In this document: one piece after another, positions 21,080-30,947 of the stretch
Position numbering within the stretch: the first letter of the stretch is position 1
Layout: the number at the start of each line of letters is the position of its first letter
Origin: Snowella sp.
GTDB taxonomy: Bacteria > Cyanobacteriota > Cyanobacteriia > Cyanobacteriales > Microcystaceae
Direction of reading: 5' to 3'
Length of the DNA: 64,000 bases
NCBI GenBank assembly: GCA_035285545.1
Contig: JAYKGY010000019.1
Location: 32,001 to 96,000, forward strand
The notes under the pieces: model-generated
What the model was told of the DNA's origin: nothing
Database searches by the model: none
What the model saw: the letters and a program-made list of their open reading frames with translations, nothing else
Program-made: the position numbers and the translations under genes

Positions 21080-21844
21080 CTATCGTTTTAACCGAGTCTT
21101 GAGCAACTGCCAACTAAATAAAAGGACAAAGGCGGGATTAGTCACCAAATATCTCTGCCATAACCGCCCAGGTTCCATCATTAACCGATAAAGCCATTCC
21201 AATCCCCTTGCCATCATCCACCGAGGAGCCTGGGAGACTTCTCCACTGTGAAAACTGAAGGCTGCACCGACTCCCATCATGACGGCTTGTAAATTGCCTT
21301 GTTGTCGAGCCATCCACGCTTCTTGCTTGGGACATCCCAAACCGACAAAGACTATCCTCGCTCCACTATTATGGATAATTTCACGAATATTCGCTTCTTC
21401 CTCGCTATTTAAGAGCCGAAACGGAGGGGCATAACTTCCCGCGATCGCTAACGTCGGAAATTGCTGTAATAAGAATTGGGTTAATTGGGACAACATCCCT
21501 TCAGTACCACCATAAAAAAAGACGGGAATTTGTTTTTCGGCTGCGCGTTGACAGCAAGCTAACATTAAGTCTGGCCCATAAACCCGCGTTTGTTTTACGA
21601 TCCCTAACCAGCGTAATCCCCAGACTAAGGGCATTCCATCGGGAGTAATTAAGGCAGCCGTGTTAATAATTTTTTGATAGGCATCATTCCAATAAGCACT
21701 CATCACTAAATGCACATTAGCGGCAACCACATAACAGGATTGGTTTTGATTGATCCACTCTTCAATGCGATCGCAAGCATCGGCATAACTCGTCGCATCT
21801 ACACGGGTTTTCAAAATATATCGATGGTTAAGCTCAGGTAACAC
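21080..21844 (-). CDS. WecB/TagA/CpsF family glycosyltransferase
   Basis: PDGMPLVW, RVYGPDLM, VGLGCPKQE, GLEWLYRL..EP.RLW.RY. Confidence 0.95.
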   Translation of the reverse strand: MLPELNHRYILKTRVDATSYADACDRIEEWINQNQSCYVVAANVHLVMSAYWNDAYQKIINTAALITPDGMPLVWGLRWLGIVKQTRVYGPDLMLACCQRAAEKQIPVFFYGGTEGMLSQLTQFLLQQFPTLAIAGSYAPPFRLLNSEEEANIREIIHNSGARIVFVGLGCPKQEAWMARQQGNLQAVMMGVGAAFSFHSGEVSQAPRWMMARGLEWLYRLMMEPGRLWQRYLVTNPAFVLLFSWQLLKTRLKR

Positions 21845-22510
21845 CCAGTTTTAGGAGGCTAATTCAAATCTTATGTGTGACGTTGGTTCCAGCATATCGC
21901 AGATTCAGGAGCCTCTCCCTGAAGTTTGAACAAGGCTTTATAAAGCGACAACCTAACGTTTAACAGCATGCTTTGACCGATATTGACATCAAAAATTGAT
22001 GAGCGATCGCCCAAACCCATCTACGAAAAAAAACTCCTGGTCGTCTGTCCATGTTTCGACTCCAAGAGTTTTTATTACTCCTCACACACAATCGTGAGTA
22101 TAACGTAATTTGAATGCAATTGTTAGGCTTCATCACAAAATTCGGCAATATATTATTGTCTTAGGATTATTGTTAAGAATTCATGACTGACAATGGGCGC
22201 GATGTTAGCAAGATCCTTAACGCTTGAAAAACCAAGTGTTTTATATCAAGAAATCATGACATAGCGATCCCAAAAAGCTTATTAAATCGTTGTAGTCGAT
22301 CAGATTGATCGCAGAAAGCCTTGACGGATCAAGGATGGATTAGGTTACATAAGATTAAGCAAATGATCCCCACCTTCGGCGATCGCCTAGCACCTTACAT
22401 AAACATAAGGAAAGTTAAAAGACAGTTTAATTTACCGTCGAGGTATCTACCCATTCAACTGATCTGAAGCTCGACTAGGAGTAGTTCTAAACGATTGGAG
22501 AGTTTATCTC

Positions 22511-23743
22511 ATGACCCAAGAACGTCCCCCATTAGATGAGATGACGCTGCGACAACTGCGAAGGGTTGCTAGCGAATACAACATCTCCCGCTATAGTCGG
22601 ATGCGAAAAACCCAATTATTAGCATCTATTCAACAAGCTATTGAAACTCAAGTTAATAATCCTTTTTTAATCAGTCCCCAGGAGGAGCAATTAGTGGAAG
22701 CATCGAAGTTTGAACTCGGTCAAGATGATAAAATTGGCGGCCCCATCACGTCGGTGGATGAAGCGTTAGGCGATTTACCTGGCGGTTATGGCGAAAGCCG
22801 CATTGTTTTGTTACCTCGTGATCCCCAATGGGCCTATGCTTACTGGGATCTGCCCAATGAGCACAAAGAAGAACTCCGTCGCCAAGGTGGCCAGCAATTA
22901 GCCTTACGGCTCTACGATGTTACCGATCTTTCAGAATTCCAAAGCCCCCACAGCGTTCAAGAATATCTCTGTGATGAGTTAGCCCGTGAGTGGTACTTAC
23001 CCATTCCCGTCAGCGATCGCGATTATGCCGTTGATATCGGTTATCGCACCTTTGATGGTCGTTGGTTAGTCCTCGCCCGTTCTGCTGCTATCCGCATTCC
23101 CCCTGTTTACCCCTCCGATTGGGTTGAAGATATCTTTGTCACCGTTAACTGGGATGAAGACTTAGCCGGCCGTACCGTTTACGAACTCATTCCCCCCAGC
23201 AAGCGTCCCATCGGTGCCCCCAATGCCATCTACGATCAAATCTTTGGGATGGCCCAAGGGGTGGAAGCACAACGGGTTGCAGGTTCTCTCTACGGCTCCA
23301 TGCAGCAAGTTCCTTCTTCAGTTGGCCCCGAACAAGCGATCAGTTCCTACGTTTTCCCCTCTGGTGTGGGGATGTGGGCGGTTCCCAACGTGTCAGGCTT
23401 AACCATGTCTGGCATCGGTTTAACGGCTTCAGGAATTGGCATGGGTGCGTCCGAATCCTTGGTACGTCAGCGTCAGTTCTGGTTAGTGGCCGATGCTGAG
23501 TTGATTGTCTATGGGGCAACCGAACCCGATGCAACCGTAACCATTGGTGGTCGTCCGATTAAACTCAATCCCGATGGAACCTTCCGCTTCCAGATGTCCT
23601 TCCAAGATGGCTTAATTGACTATCCCATCATGGCAGTAGCCGTAGACGGTGAACAAACCCGCAATATCCACATGAAGTTTACCCGTGAAACGCCTTCTCG
23701 CAATACCAATACCAAAGAAGAGGCAGTTCCAGAGTTCTTCTAA
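22511..23743 (+). CDS. DUF4912 protein with a Rho-N-like N-terminal domain
   Basis: MTLRQLR..A....I.RYSRMRK; LLPRDPQWAYAYWD; FWLVADAELIVYGATEP. Confidence 0.88.
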   Translation: MTQERPPLDEMTLRQLRRVASEYNISRYSRMRKTQLLASIQQAIETQVNNPFLISPQEEQLVEASKFELGQDDKIGGPITSVDEALGDLPGGYGESRIVLLPRDPQWAYAYWDLPNEHKEELRRQGGQQLALRLYDVTDLSEFQSPHSVQEYLCDELAREWYLPIPVSDRDYAVDIGYRTFDGRWLVLARSAAIRIPPVYPSDWVEDIFVTVNWDEDLAGRTVYELIPPSKRPIGAPNAIYDQIFGMAQGVEAQRVAGSLYGSMQQVPSSVGPEQAISSYVFPSGVGMWAVPNVSGLTMSGIGLTASGIGMGASESLVRQRQFWLVADAELIVYGATEPDATVTIGGRPIKLNPDGTFRFQMSFQDGLIDYPIMAVAVDGEQTRNIHMKFTRETPSRNTNTKEEAVPEFF

Positions 23744-23786
23744 ATTGGGATTTTAGTAAATTAAATTTTAAGTTTGCCAACTCAAT

Positions 23787-23819
23787 AAGTCCTCGATACG
23801 CGATCGGGGGCTTTTTTTT
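23787..23819 (+). terminator. Intrinsic terminator
   Basis: AAGTCCTCGAT-ACGCG-ATCGGGGGCTT plus a T run, between convergent genes. Confidence 0.8.
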
Positions 23820-23821
23820 CT

Positions 23822-24247
23822 TTAAGGAACAATTAAAACAGGACAGGGCGACAGATTAATCACGCGAGTTGTCACGCTTTCATTAACCCCTTCCACCGTT
23901 AGCCCCAAACCGCGACACCCCATCACAATTAAATCCGCCCCAATTTCATCGGCCACATCACAGATGGTAAACGACGGCATCCCTTCCCGTTCAACCATAT
24001 CGGCATTAATCCCTTGCTGCGCGAACAGAGCTTGAGCTGCTTGTAAGAGTTTTTCTACCTCTTCAGGAGAAGTCATCACGGGAGAAGAGGGCTGTTCAGG
24101 GGCAGGTGTAGCGTCAGGCGATGCTTTTTCAACAACAGAAAGTAAAAAGAGGCGACTATTGTAAGTTTTGACTAAGTTTGCCACCATCTGGGCCGCTTCA
24201 CGGGCTTCTCGGCTTTGGTCAATGGGAAATAAAATCGTTTTAAACAT
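23822..24247 (-). CDS. Universal stress protein (UspA family)
   Basis: FKTILFPID, ADLIVMGCRG, SVT.RVI...CPVLIVP. Confidence 0.93.
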   Translation of the reverse strand: MFKTILFPIDQSREAREAAQMVANLVKTYNSRLFLLSVVEKASPDATPAPEQPSSPVMTSPEEVEKLLQAAQALFAQQGINADMVEREGMPSFTICDVADEIGADLIVMGCRGLGLTVEGVNESVTTRVINLSPCPVLIVP

Positions 24248-24410
24248 AAAATTTACCTCTATCTTCTTCTACTCATACTGTGATTAGGAGTGGAATGACA
24301 ACGAAATGATATAAAAATTTTTAGTTGACCTTTGTGTTAGTCATTGTCGGAAGGTGCATAGGCTGATTTAATTTTGGGTAGGACTATAAATGCAGTAGGA
24401 GGAATTGGCC

Positions 24411-25631
24411 GTGCCCAAGAAAAGTGTAGCAAATCTGTCAGAAGCTGATGTTGCTGGAAAGCGTGTGTTTGTACGAGTTGATTTTAATGTGCCCTTGGAT
24501 GATGCGGGAGCCATTACTGACGATACTCGGATTCGTGCGGCATTGCCAACCATTCAGGATTTAACCTCTAAAGGTGCAAAAGTTATTCTCGCCAGCCATT
24601 TTGGCCGTCCCAAAGGAGAAAGCTTTGTTGAGCGGGTCAAAGATAAATTACGTTTAACCCCTGTCGCGGCTCGTTTATCCCAATTATTAGGTAAGCCGGT
24701 TGCTAAGCCGGATGATTGTATTGGGGCTGAGGTAGAAGCGGCGGTTGCAGCTCTCAATAATGGCGATGTCCTGTTATTGGAAAACGTGCGTTTCCATCCC
24801 GGTGAAGAAAAAAATGATCCTGAATTTACTCAAAAATTAGCGGCTTTAGCCGATTTATACGTTAATGATGCTTTTGGTACGGCTCACCGTGCCCATGCTT
24901 CCACCGAAGGGGTAACGAAATATCTCAGTCCCTCGGTAGCTGGTTTCTTAATTGAAAAAGAACTGCAATATCTCCAAAGCGCGATCGAAGAACCCAAACG
25001 TCCTTTGGCTGCCATTATTGGGGGATCAAAAGTTTCTAGCAAAATCGGTGTGATTGAAACCCTTTTAGAAAAATGTGACAAATTGATCATCGGTGGCGGC
25101 ATGATCTTCACCTTTTATAAAGCTCGCGGTTTAAAAGTAGGTTCCTCTTTAGTCGAAGACGATAAATTGGAATTAGCCAAAACCTTGGAAGCCAAAGCCA
25201 AAGAAAAAGGTGTTCAACTGCTATTACCGACCGATGTGGTCGTTGCGGATAAATTTGCTTCCGATGCGAATTCCCAAACCGTTAGTATCAATGATATTCC
25301 CGATGGTTGGATGGGCTTAGATATTGGGCCTGATTCTATCAAGGTTTTCCAAGAAGCTTTGGCGGATGTCAAGACTGTCATTTGGAATGGCCCGATGGGG
25401 GTATTTGAATTTGATAAGTTTGCGGCGGGAACCGAAGCGATCGCGCACACATTAGCGGGATTAACAGGAACAGGCACGACAACTATTATCGGTGGTGGTG
25501 ACTCCGTTGCTGCGGTTGAAAAAGTCGGTGTCGCTGAAAAAATGAGCCATATCTCGACAGGTGGTGGTGCAAGCCTGGAATTACTGGAAGGTAAGGTTTT
25601 ACCAGGGATTGCTGCATTGAATGATGCTTAA
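24411..25631 (+). CDS. pgk: Phosphoglycerate kinase
   Basis: [34 protein letters not shown] 24411 fits the AGGAGGA RBS spacing. Confidence 0.98.
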   Translation: MPKKSVANLSEADVAGKRVFVRVDFNVPLDDAGAITDDTRIRAALPTIQDLTSKGAKVILASHFGRPKGESFVERVKDKLRLTPVAARLSQLLGKPVAKPDDCIGAEVEAAVAALNNGDVLLLENVRFHPGEEKNDPEFTQKLAALADLYVNDAFGTAHRAHASTEGVTKYLSPSVAGFLIEKELQYLQSAIEEPKRPLAAIIGGSKVSSKIGVIETLLEKCDKLIIGGGMIFTFYKARGLKVGSSLVEDDKLELAKTLEAKAKEKGVQLLLPTDVVVADKFASDANSQTVSINDIPDGWMGLDIGPDSIKVFQEALADVKTVIWNGPMGVFEFDKFAAGTEAIAHTLAGLTGTGTTTIIGGGDSVAAVEKVGVAEKMSHISTGGGASLELLEGKVLPGIAALNDA

Positions 25632-25672
25632 TTCTCGTTTTTAAGCGTTTTTAAATCAAAAATTTCATTTTT

Positions 25673-25700
25673 GGGGTGGGCAATAGGTTCACCCTTTTTT
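25673..25700 (+). terminator. Intrinsic terminator of pgk
   Basis: GGGTGGG...TTCACCC followed by a T run. Confidence 0.7.
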
Positions 25701-25850
25701 CTTTAGACCATCTTCTAGCCGATAGCCCCTGACTTCATTAAAGAAATTCAAGCAGTTAAAAATATTAGAATTGGGTAGCATTATGAATAAAATTGAAAAA
25801 CGATGAGCAACCGAGGAATGGCAGCCTATGTCGGTCTACCATAAAGAAAC

Positions 25851-27419
25851 TTAAACTGAAATGAGATTTTTCTCAGAAGTAGCAACAGGAGCCGTTAAAG
25901 CTTCTTCTAACGCTGCTTTACCCAATCGCTGTTCTAAAATCTTCATCACTTCGCGGCCAAAATCATTAGGGTTTTGGTTCCAGGCTTGTAAACAAATTTC
26001 CCCAAAGAACGAACCGAGCGGTTCAGGGTTCCACAGCAGTTTTTTGGCATTCCAAGGCATTAAACTCATGGGATTATACCCTGGTTTTAAAATCTCTTCT
26101 TTAAAGGCATATTCTTCCAAAATGGTATGGGGTTGAAGACCAATAAAGAAGATGGCAGGTTCAACTTTTTCCACTCCAAAGATATTTTCTAATTCCCGAT
26201 GGTAAGCGATCGTTTGGCGGATAGTCTCAACGGTTTCATCGATGACATTAAAAGAATAATTGACCGAAACCGTATCTTCAAACCCTGCTGCCTTTAAATC
26301 TCGACAATTTTGTAAAACATTCTTGAGGTTATAGCCCATCCGCATTTTACGAATTAATTCCTGGGAACCACTTGTAATCCCGATCTCAAAGTAATTCATC
26401 CCCGTTTTCACCATCAATTCGCAAAGATAGGGCGTTAAATTATCGGCTCGAATGTAGGCAGCCCAGTGAATATCCCTCATGCCAGAGGCTTGAATTTTTT
26501 CAAGTAGTTCAACGACATCATCAATGAATTTTTTCGCAGGGATAAACTGAGCATCGGTAAACCAAAAATTCCGAATTCCTCGGTCATAGAGTTGGCGCAT
26601 TTCGGCAATAACTTCATCGGCGGGATTGATGCGAACTTGTTTGCCTTCCACAACGGTATAGATGCAGTAACAACAATTATGGGGACAGCCGCGTTTGGTT
26701 TGAACGCCAATATAAAAGTCGTTTTCCTGTAAATAGTAGTCAAATTCTGACCAAATCGTACTGATGTAATCGTAGTTGCAAGCCGTTTTTTCTAAGGGAG
26801 TCGGCTGCTCATGGATTAAGCGGGGACGGGGATCGGTTTCTCCTACGACATAACAGCGTTCATCCCGAAATTCTTGGCCTTTGAGTAGTTTTTCTAGTAG
26901 GGTTTCGCCTTCTCCCACCGAGACAATGGTGCCTTGGGGCAATTGGGTCTTAAGTTGTTCATAAAAAACGCTGACTGCACCACCCCCAATGACTAAACGG
27001 GCATCAGGGTGATACTTTTTAGCTCGGTTCAAGCCTCGTTTAATTAAGCCAATATTTTGCCAGAGTTCGCTGTAATAGGCAGTAGTGACTTTTAACCCCC
27101 CTAATGCACCTCTGAGTTTGATGAAGGGATTTTTGGCATAGTAAAATTCAAAGGCATTTTGGAGGGGATTGCCACCTCGTCCCCCAACGGGAGCGTAAAT
27201 TTGAATATCACGCCAAGAGAAAACTAGTAGGGTCGGCTGAAAATCATCAATACAGTGATCTAAAGATTTTTTAAAGTCTAGGGGCGGAACCGTTCCTAAA
27301 TCAAAGATTTTTTGTTCAATATCGGGAAATTGTTTGTGGACATGATCAGACAAATAAACAACGCCAATGGGAAAAATCGGGTTACAAGGAAGGCGGACGT
27401 AGAGAATTCGCTGAGTCAT
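25851..27419 (-). CDS. B12-binding-type radical SAM protein (Slr0320-like, PSII high-light acclimation)
   Basis: RILYVRLPCNPIFPIG N-terminus and CxxxCxxC (CPHNCCYC). ATG 27419 chosen as start. Confidence 0.88.
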   Translation of the reverse strand: MTQRILYVRLPCNPIFPIGVVYLSDHVHKQFPDIEQKIFDLGTVPPLDFKKSLDHCIDDFQPTLLVFSWRDIQIYAPVGGRGGNPLQNAFEFYYAKNPFIKLRGALGGLKVTTAYYSELWQNIGLIKRGLNRAKKYHPDARLVIGGGAVSVFYEQLKTQLPQGTIVSVGEGETLLEKLLKGQEFRDERCYVVGETDPRPRLIHEQPTPLEKTACNYDYISTIWSEFDYYLQENDFYIGVQTKRGCPHNCCYCIYTVVEGKQVRINPADEVIAEMRQLYDRGIRNFWFTDAQFIPAKKFIDDVVELLEKIQASGMRDIHWAAYIRADNLTPYLCELMVKTGMNYFEIGITSGSQELIRKMRMGYNLKNVLQNCRDLKAAGFEDTVSVNYSFNVIDETVETIRQTIAYHRELENIFGVEKVEPAIFFIGLQPHTILEEYAFKEEILKPGYNPMSLMPWNAKKLLWNPEPLGSFFGEICLQAWNQNPNDFGREVMKILEQRLGKAALEEALTAPVATSEKNLISV

Positions 27420-27690
27420 AGGAGCGTGTAAGAAGAAGGTCGATGGTGTTATTGCAAGCAACAATCAAAACAGACTGGGAAAATTTGGCCGATGGCGATC
27501 GCCGAAGAACGGGTCGCTACTTCGTAAAGAAGTCATTAATAATTTTAATATAACTTAATGTTTTCTGGGTCGAGGAATTTTGAGAGAATTCAATCCTGCC
27601 CGAATAGTTCTAATTTGCCCAAACTATCACAATGGGACAGAAAAAAAGGAAAGGGGCTTATAAATTACGAATAACTGAAAAAATAGTTTT

Positions 27691-27797
27691 TGTAAGCAAA
27701 ACTACAAAGCAATAATCACCAATTCTGTACTTAAGGGGAGCAAAGAAATTGATTGTAATTATCTTTACAGCAAATGGGGATCAACGAGTGCTAGCTT
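27691..27797 (+). promoter_or_regulatory. Two NtcA boxes; the proximal one in class II activator geometry
   Basis: TGTA-N8-TACA at 27691-27706 and 27754-27769. TAGCTT (TA-N3-T) lies at 27792-27797, 23 nt after the second TAC. Confidence 0.75.
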
Positions 27798-27839
27798 ATA
27801 GGGAACATGACAAACTGATTTAATATTTTCAGAAATACT

Positions 27840-28244
27840 ATGGCTCAGATCCTCGATCCTATTCCAGATGGACACCAGAGCATTCTTCTCTGCTGCTATG
27901 TAAACGCAACGAACCACATTCAAATCGCTCGAATTACGAATATTGCTAATTGGTACTTTGAGCGGGTTGTTTTTCCGGGTCAACGGCTGGTTTTTGAAGC
28001 TTTACCCCAAGCGCAGCTAGAAATCCATACGGGAATGATGGCTAGTTCCATTTTATCAGACACGATTCCCTGTGAACGACTCTGCATTAGTGATGAAATG
28101 GATGATGATTTCGATGACGATGATTTTAAGCCAACCTCGACTCTCCCCGCAATAGAGCCGCATCTGGTGGCTCCGAAGGTTGAAGCCGCACCTTTTGCGT
28201 TAAATGAAGGATATTCTTTGTCTTTAATGCCTATTTTTGCTTGA
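27840..28244 (+). CDS. DUF1830 family protein
   Basis: LCCYVNAT..IQIARITNI.NWYFERVVFPGQRL.FEA. Confidence 0.9.
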   Translation: MAQILDPIPDGHQSILLCCYVNATNHIQIARITNIANWYFERVVFPGQRLVFEALPQAQLEIHTGMMASSILSDTIPCERLCISDEMDDDFDDDDFKPTSTLPAIEPHLVAPKVEAAPFALNEGYSLSLMPIFA

Positions 28245-28287
28245 TTTAAGGATTTGATTTTCTTAGCTATCAATTGACGCGATCGCG

Positions 28288-28315
28288 GGTTGTCTGGAAA
28301 AGGGCAACCTTTTTT
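28288..28315 (+). terminator. Intrinsic terminator
   Basis: GGTTGTCT-GGAAAA-GGGCAACC plus a T run. Confidence 0.7.
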
Positions 28316-28351
28316 ATGGCTTCGTTAACGATTGTTAAGATCGATTAGGCT

Positions 28352-28981
28352 TTAAATCCCTCGACCTTGCTGATTAAACTCTGCGACGGTTTGTTCTGAC
28401 AGTTCTTGGGTTGTCATGCTATTTAAGATTTCTAGGGGAATGGTTAGATGATTCGCTCCTGCGATCAGGGCATTTGCCGCTTCTTCCGGTGTTTTCAAGC
28501 TAGCAGCGAGGATTTCGGTGGAACTTCCCGCTAGGACTTGGGCCATATCTCGTACTAATTTCAGCCCATCCCCTAATAAACGGGTTGCTCGATTGACATA
28601 GGCGATCGCGTATTTGGCTCCGGCTTCTTTGGCGATCGCGGCCTGGGCAGGACTATAGATAGCGGTCACCGAACAGGGAATCTTATCCGATAAATAGGCC
28701 ACCACTTGGAAACCGATGGGCGTAGCCGGAATTTTTAGAACCGTTTTTTCCCCGATGAGGGCATAGGCTTTGCGGGCTTCTTTGACCATGCCGGCATAAT
28801 CCGTTGACATTAATTGATAATAAAGCTCCCCTGGGCTGAGTTGGGCTAATTGTTGTAGGGTTTCTTCCGGCGACAAGGGACTTTTGGCGAGCAAGCTTGG
28901 ATTGGTCGTAATTCCTTTGACCCAGCCCCAGTTTTGGGCAACTTTTGCATCTTCAATTAAGGCAGAATCGAGATAAATCAT
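28352..28981 (-). CDS. Transaldolase family protein (short TalC/FSA type)
   Basis: IYLDSA, GITTNPSL, VLKIPAT, ILAASLK. Confidence 0.9.
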   Translation of the reverse strand: MIYLDSALIEDAKVAQNWGWVKGITTNPSLLAKSPLSPEETLQQLAQLSPGELYYQLMSTDYAGMVKEARKAYALIGEKTVLKIPATPIGFQVVAYLSDKIPCSVTAIYSPAQAAIAKEAGAKYAIAYVNRATRLLGDGLKLVRDMAQVLAGSSTEILAASLKTPEEAANALIAGANHLTIPLEILNSMTTQELSEQTVAEFNQQGRGI

Positions 28982-29069
28982 GCACGCTCAACCGCATTTC
29001 GTTTGTTTTAGTGTATCAGTCCTTAGAGAAATCCGTTACAATTTCAGTTGATCTGTACTGACTGAGACT

Positions 29070-30947
29070 ATGACTGCCCCGATCCTGGATGTTCGTAATT
29101 TACAAGTGGAATTTGTCAGGGAAGGAAAAGGTGTTTCGACGATTGCGGTAGATAGGATTAATTTTGAACTGCAACGGGGGCAAATTCTCGGCATTGTGGG
29201 GGAATCGGGATCGGGAAAGTCGGTTACGTCCTTAGCAATTATGGGGCTATTGCCGTCATCGGGTCGGCTTTCTAATGAAAGTGAAATTAATTTCTACCGT
29301 GAATCTGGCGATCGCGTGAATTTAGTGACCTTAAATGAAGAAGCCAGGCGACAATATCGTGGCGGAAAAATTGCCATGATTTTCCAAGAACCCATGAGTT
29401 CTCTCAATCCCGTTTATACCATTGGGTTCCAAATCATCGAAGCGATTCAACTCCATCAAAACGTTACGCCTGAGCAAGCCACTCAGCAAGCGATCGCGCT
29501 TTTACAAGAAGTCCGAGTCTTACCCAGCGATGAAACCCTAGAAGCCATCTTTTTAAGTCAACATTCGGCTGACACACTCCGACGAGACGGATCGGTTACA
29601 GAGCAAATTAATCGTTATATTAAACAGCGCAAACAGGAATTTTTAAAACGCTATCCCCACGAACTCTCCGGCGGTCAACTGCAACGAGTGATGATCGCGA
29701 TCGCCATTTCCTGTAATCCCAGTTTATTAATTGCCGACGAACCCACAACGGCCTTAGATGTCACCGTTCAAGCCGAAATTTTGAGACTCTTGCGGGATCT
29801 GTGCAAAATTCATCGCAACATGTCTATGATCTTCATTTCCCATGACTTAGGGGTAATTAATGAAATTGCTGATAAAGTCGCCGTCATGTACCAAGGAAAA
29901 ATCGTGGAGCAAGGCACCAAAGAGCAGGTTTTATATAGCCCCCAGCATCCCTACACCAAAGGGCTACTCGCCTGTCGTCCCCGTTTATCTCCCCAGCTAG
30001 CCCAACTTCCCACCGTCGCCGATTTTCTTAACACCGACCAGGAAGCCAAACGCTATGCGGTCATCACTCCCGAAGCAGAACAAGCTCGCCTAAAACGTTT
30101 ATCCCAACAGCAACCTTTACTATCCGTCAGTAATTTAACCGTTGAATTTGTCAAATCAGGATTCTTTGGGAAACGGGATGGGTTTAAGGCCGTTGATAAT
30201 ATTAATTTTCAAGTCTTTCCAGGGGAAACCTTGGGCCTAGTAGGAGAATCAGGCTGCGGGAAATCTACCTTGGCCAGAACTCTATTACGGCTCATTCCGG
30301 CTCAACAAGGAGAAATTATTTTTGGTGAGGAAATCATTTCCAAGCTCAAAGCAGGGGATCAAAAATTGCGAAATCTCCGCCGAGAAATGCAGATTATTTT
30401 CCAAAATCCCTACAATTCCCTCAATCCCCGGATTAGTATTGGCCAAGCCATTTTAGAGCCAATGGTCATTCATCAAACGGGGGGCAATGACCGTAAGCGT
30501 AAAGAACGGGTTGCCTACCTGCTAGAACGGGTGGGACTCAATCCCAATGGGTTTAATCGCTATCCCCATGAACTCTCCGGCGGTCAACGGCAACGGGTTT
30601 GTGTGGCCAGAGCCTTAGCCCTAAATCCCCGTTTTATTATCTGTGATGAATCGGTATCCGCCTTAGACGTATCGGTGCAAGCTCAAGTGTTAAACCTACT
30701 CAAGGATTTACAGCAGGAGTTTCAATTAACCTATATTTTCATTTCCCATGATCTTAGTGTGGTGCGTTTTATGAGCGATCGCATCATGGTGATGAATAAA
30801 GGAAAACTCGCTGAAGCGATCGATTCGGCCCAAGCCATTATCAACCATCCCAAAAGTGACTACACCCAAAAACTCATTCATTCCATTCCCCAATTTCCTG
30901 AGGATATGCAGTGGTTAAATGAACACAGTTCAGAAATTGCTTCTTAA
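29070..30947 (+). CDS. Fused double-NBD peptide/nickel-type ABC transporter ATPase
   Basis: GESGSGKS and GESGCGKS; two RYPHELSGGQ motifs; HPYT. Confidence 0.93.
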   Translation: MTAPILDVRNLQVEFVREGKGVSTIAVDRINFELQRGQILGIVGESGSGKSVTSLAIMGLLPSSGRLSNESEINFYRESGDRVNLVTLNEEARRQYRGGKIAMIFQEPMSSLNPVYTIGFQIIEAIQLHQNVTPEQATQQAIALLQEVRVLPSDETLEAIFLSQHSADTLRRDGSVTEQINRYIKQRKQEFLKRYPHELSGGQLQRVMIAIAISCNPSLLIADEPTTALDVTVQAEILRLLRDLCKIHRNMSMIFISHDLGVINEIADKVAVMYQGKIVEQGTKEQVLYSPQHPYTKGLLACRPRLSPQLAQLPTVADFLNTDQEAKRYAVITPEAEQARLKRLSQQQPLLSVSNLTVEFVKSGFFGKRDGFKAVDNINFQVFPGETLGLVGESGCGKSTLARTLLRLIPAQQGEIIFGEEIISKLKAGDQKLRNLRREMQIIFQNPYNSLNPRISIGQAILEPMVIHQTGGNDRKRKERVAYLLERVGLNPNGFNRYPHELSGGQRQRVCVARALALNPRFIICDESVSALDVSVQAQVLNLLKDLQQEFQLTYIFISHDLSVVRFMSDRIMVMNKGKLAEAIDSAQAIINHPKSDYTQKLIHSIPQFPEDMQWLNEHSSEIAS

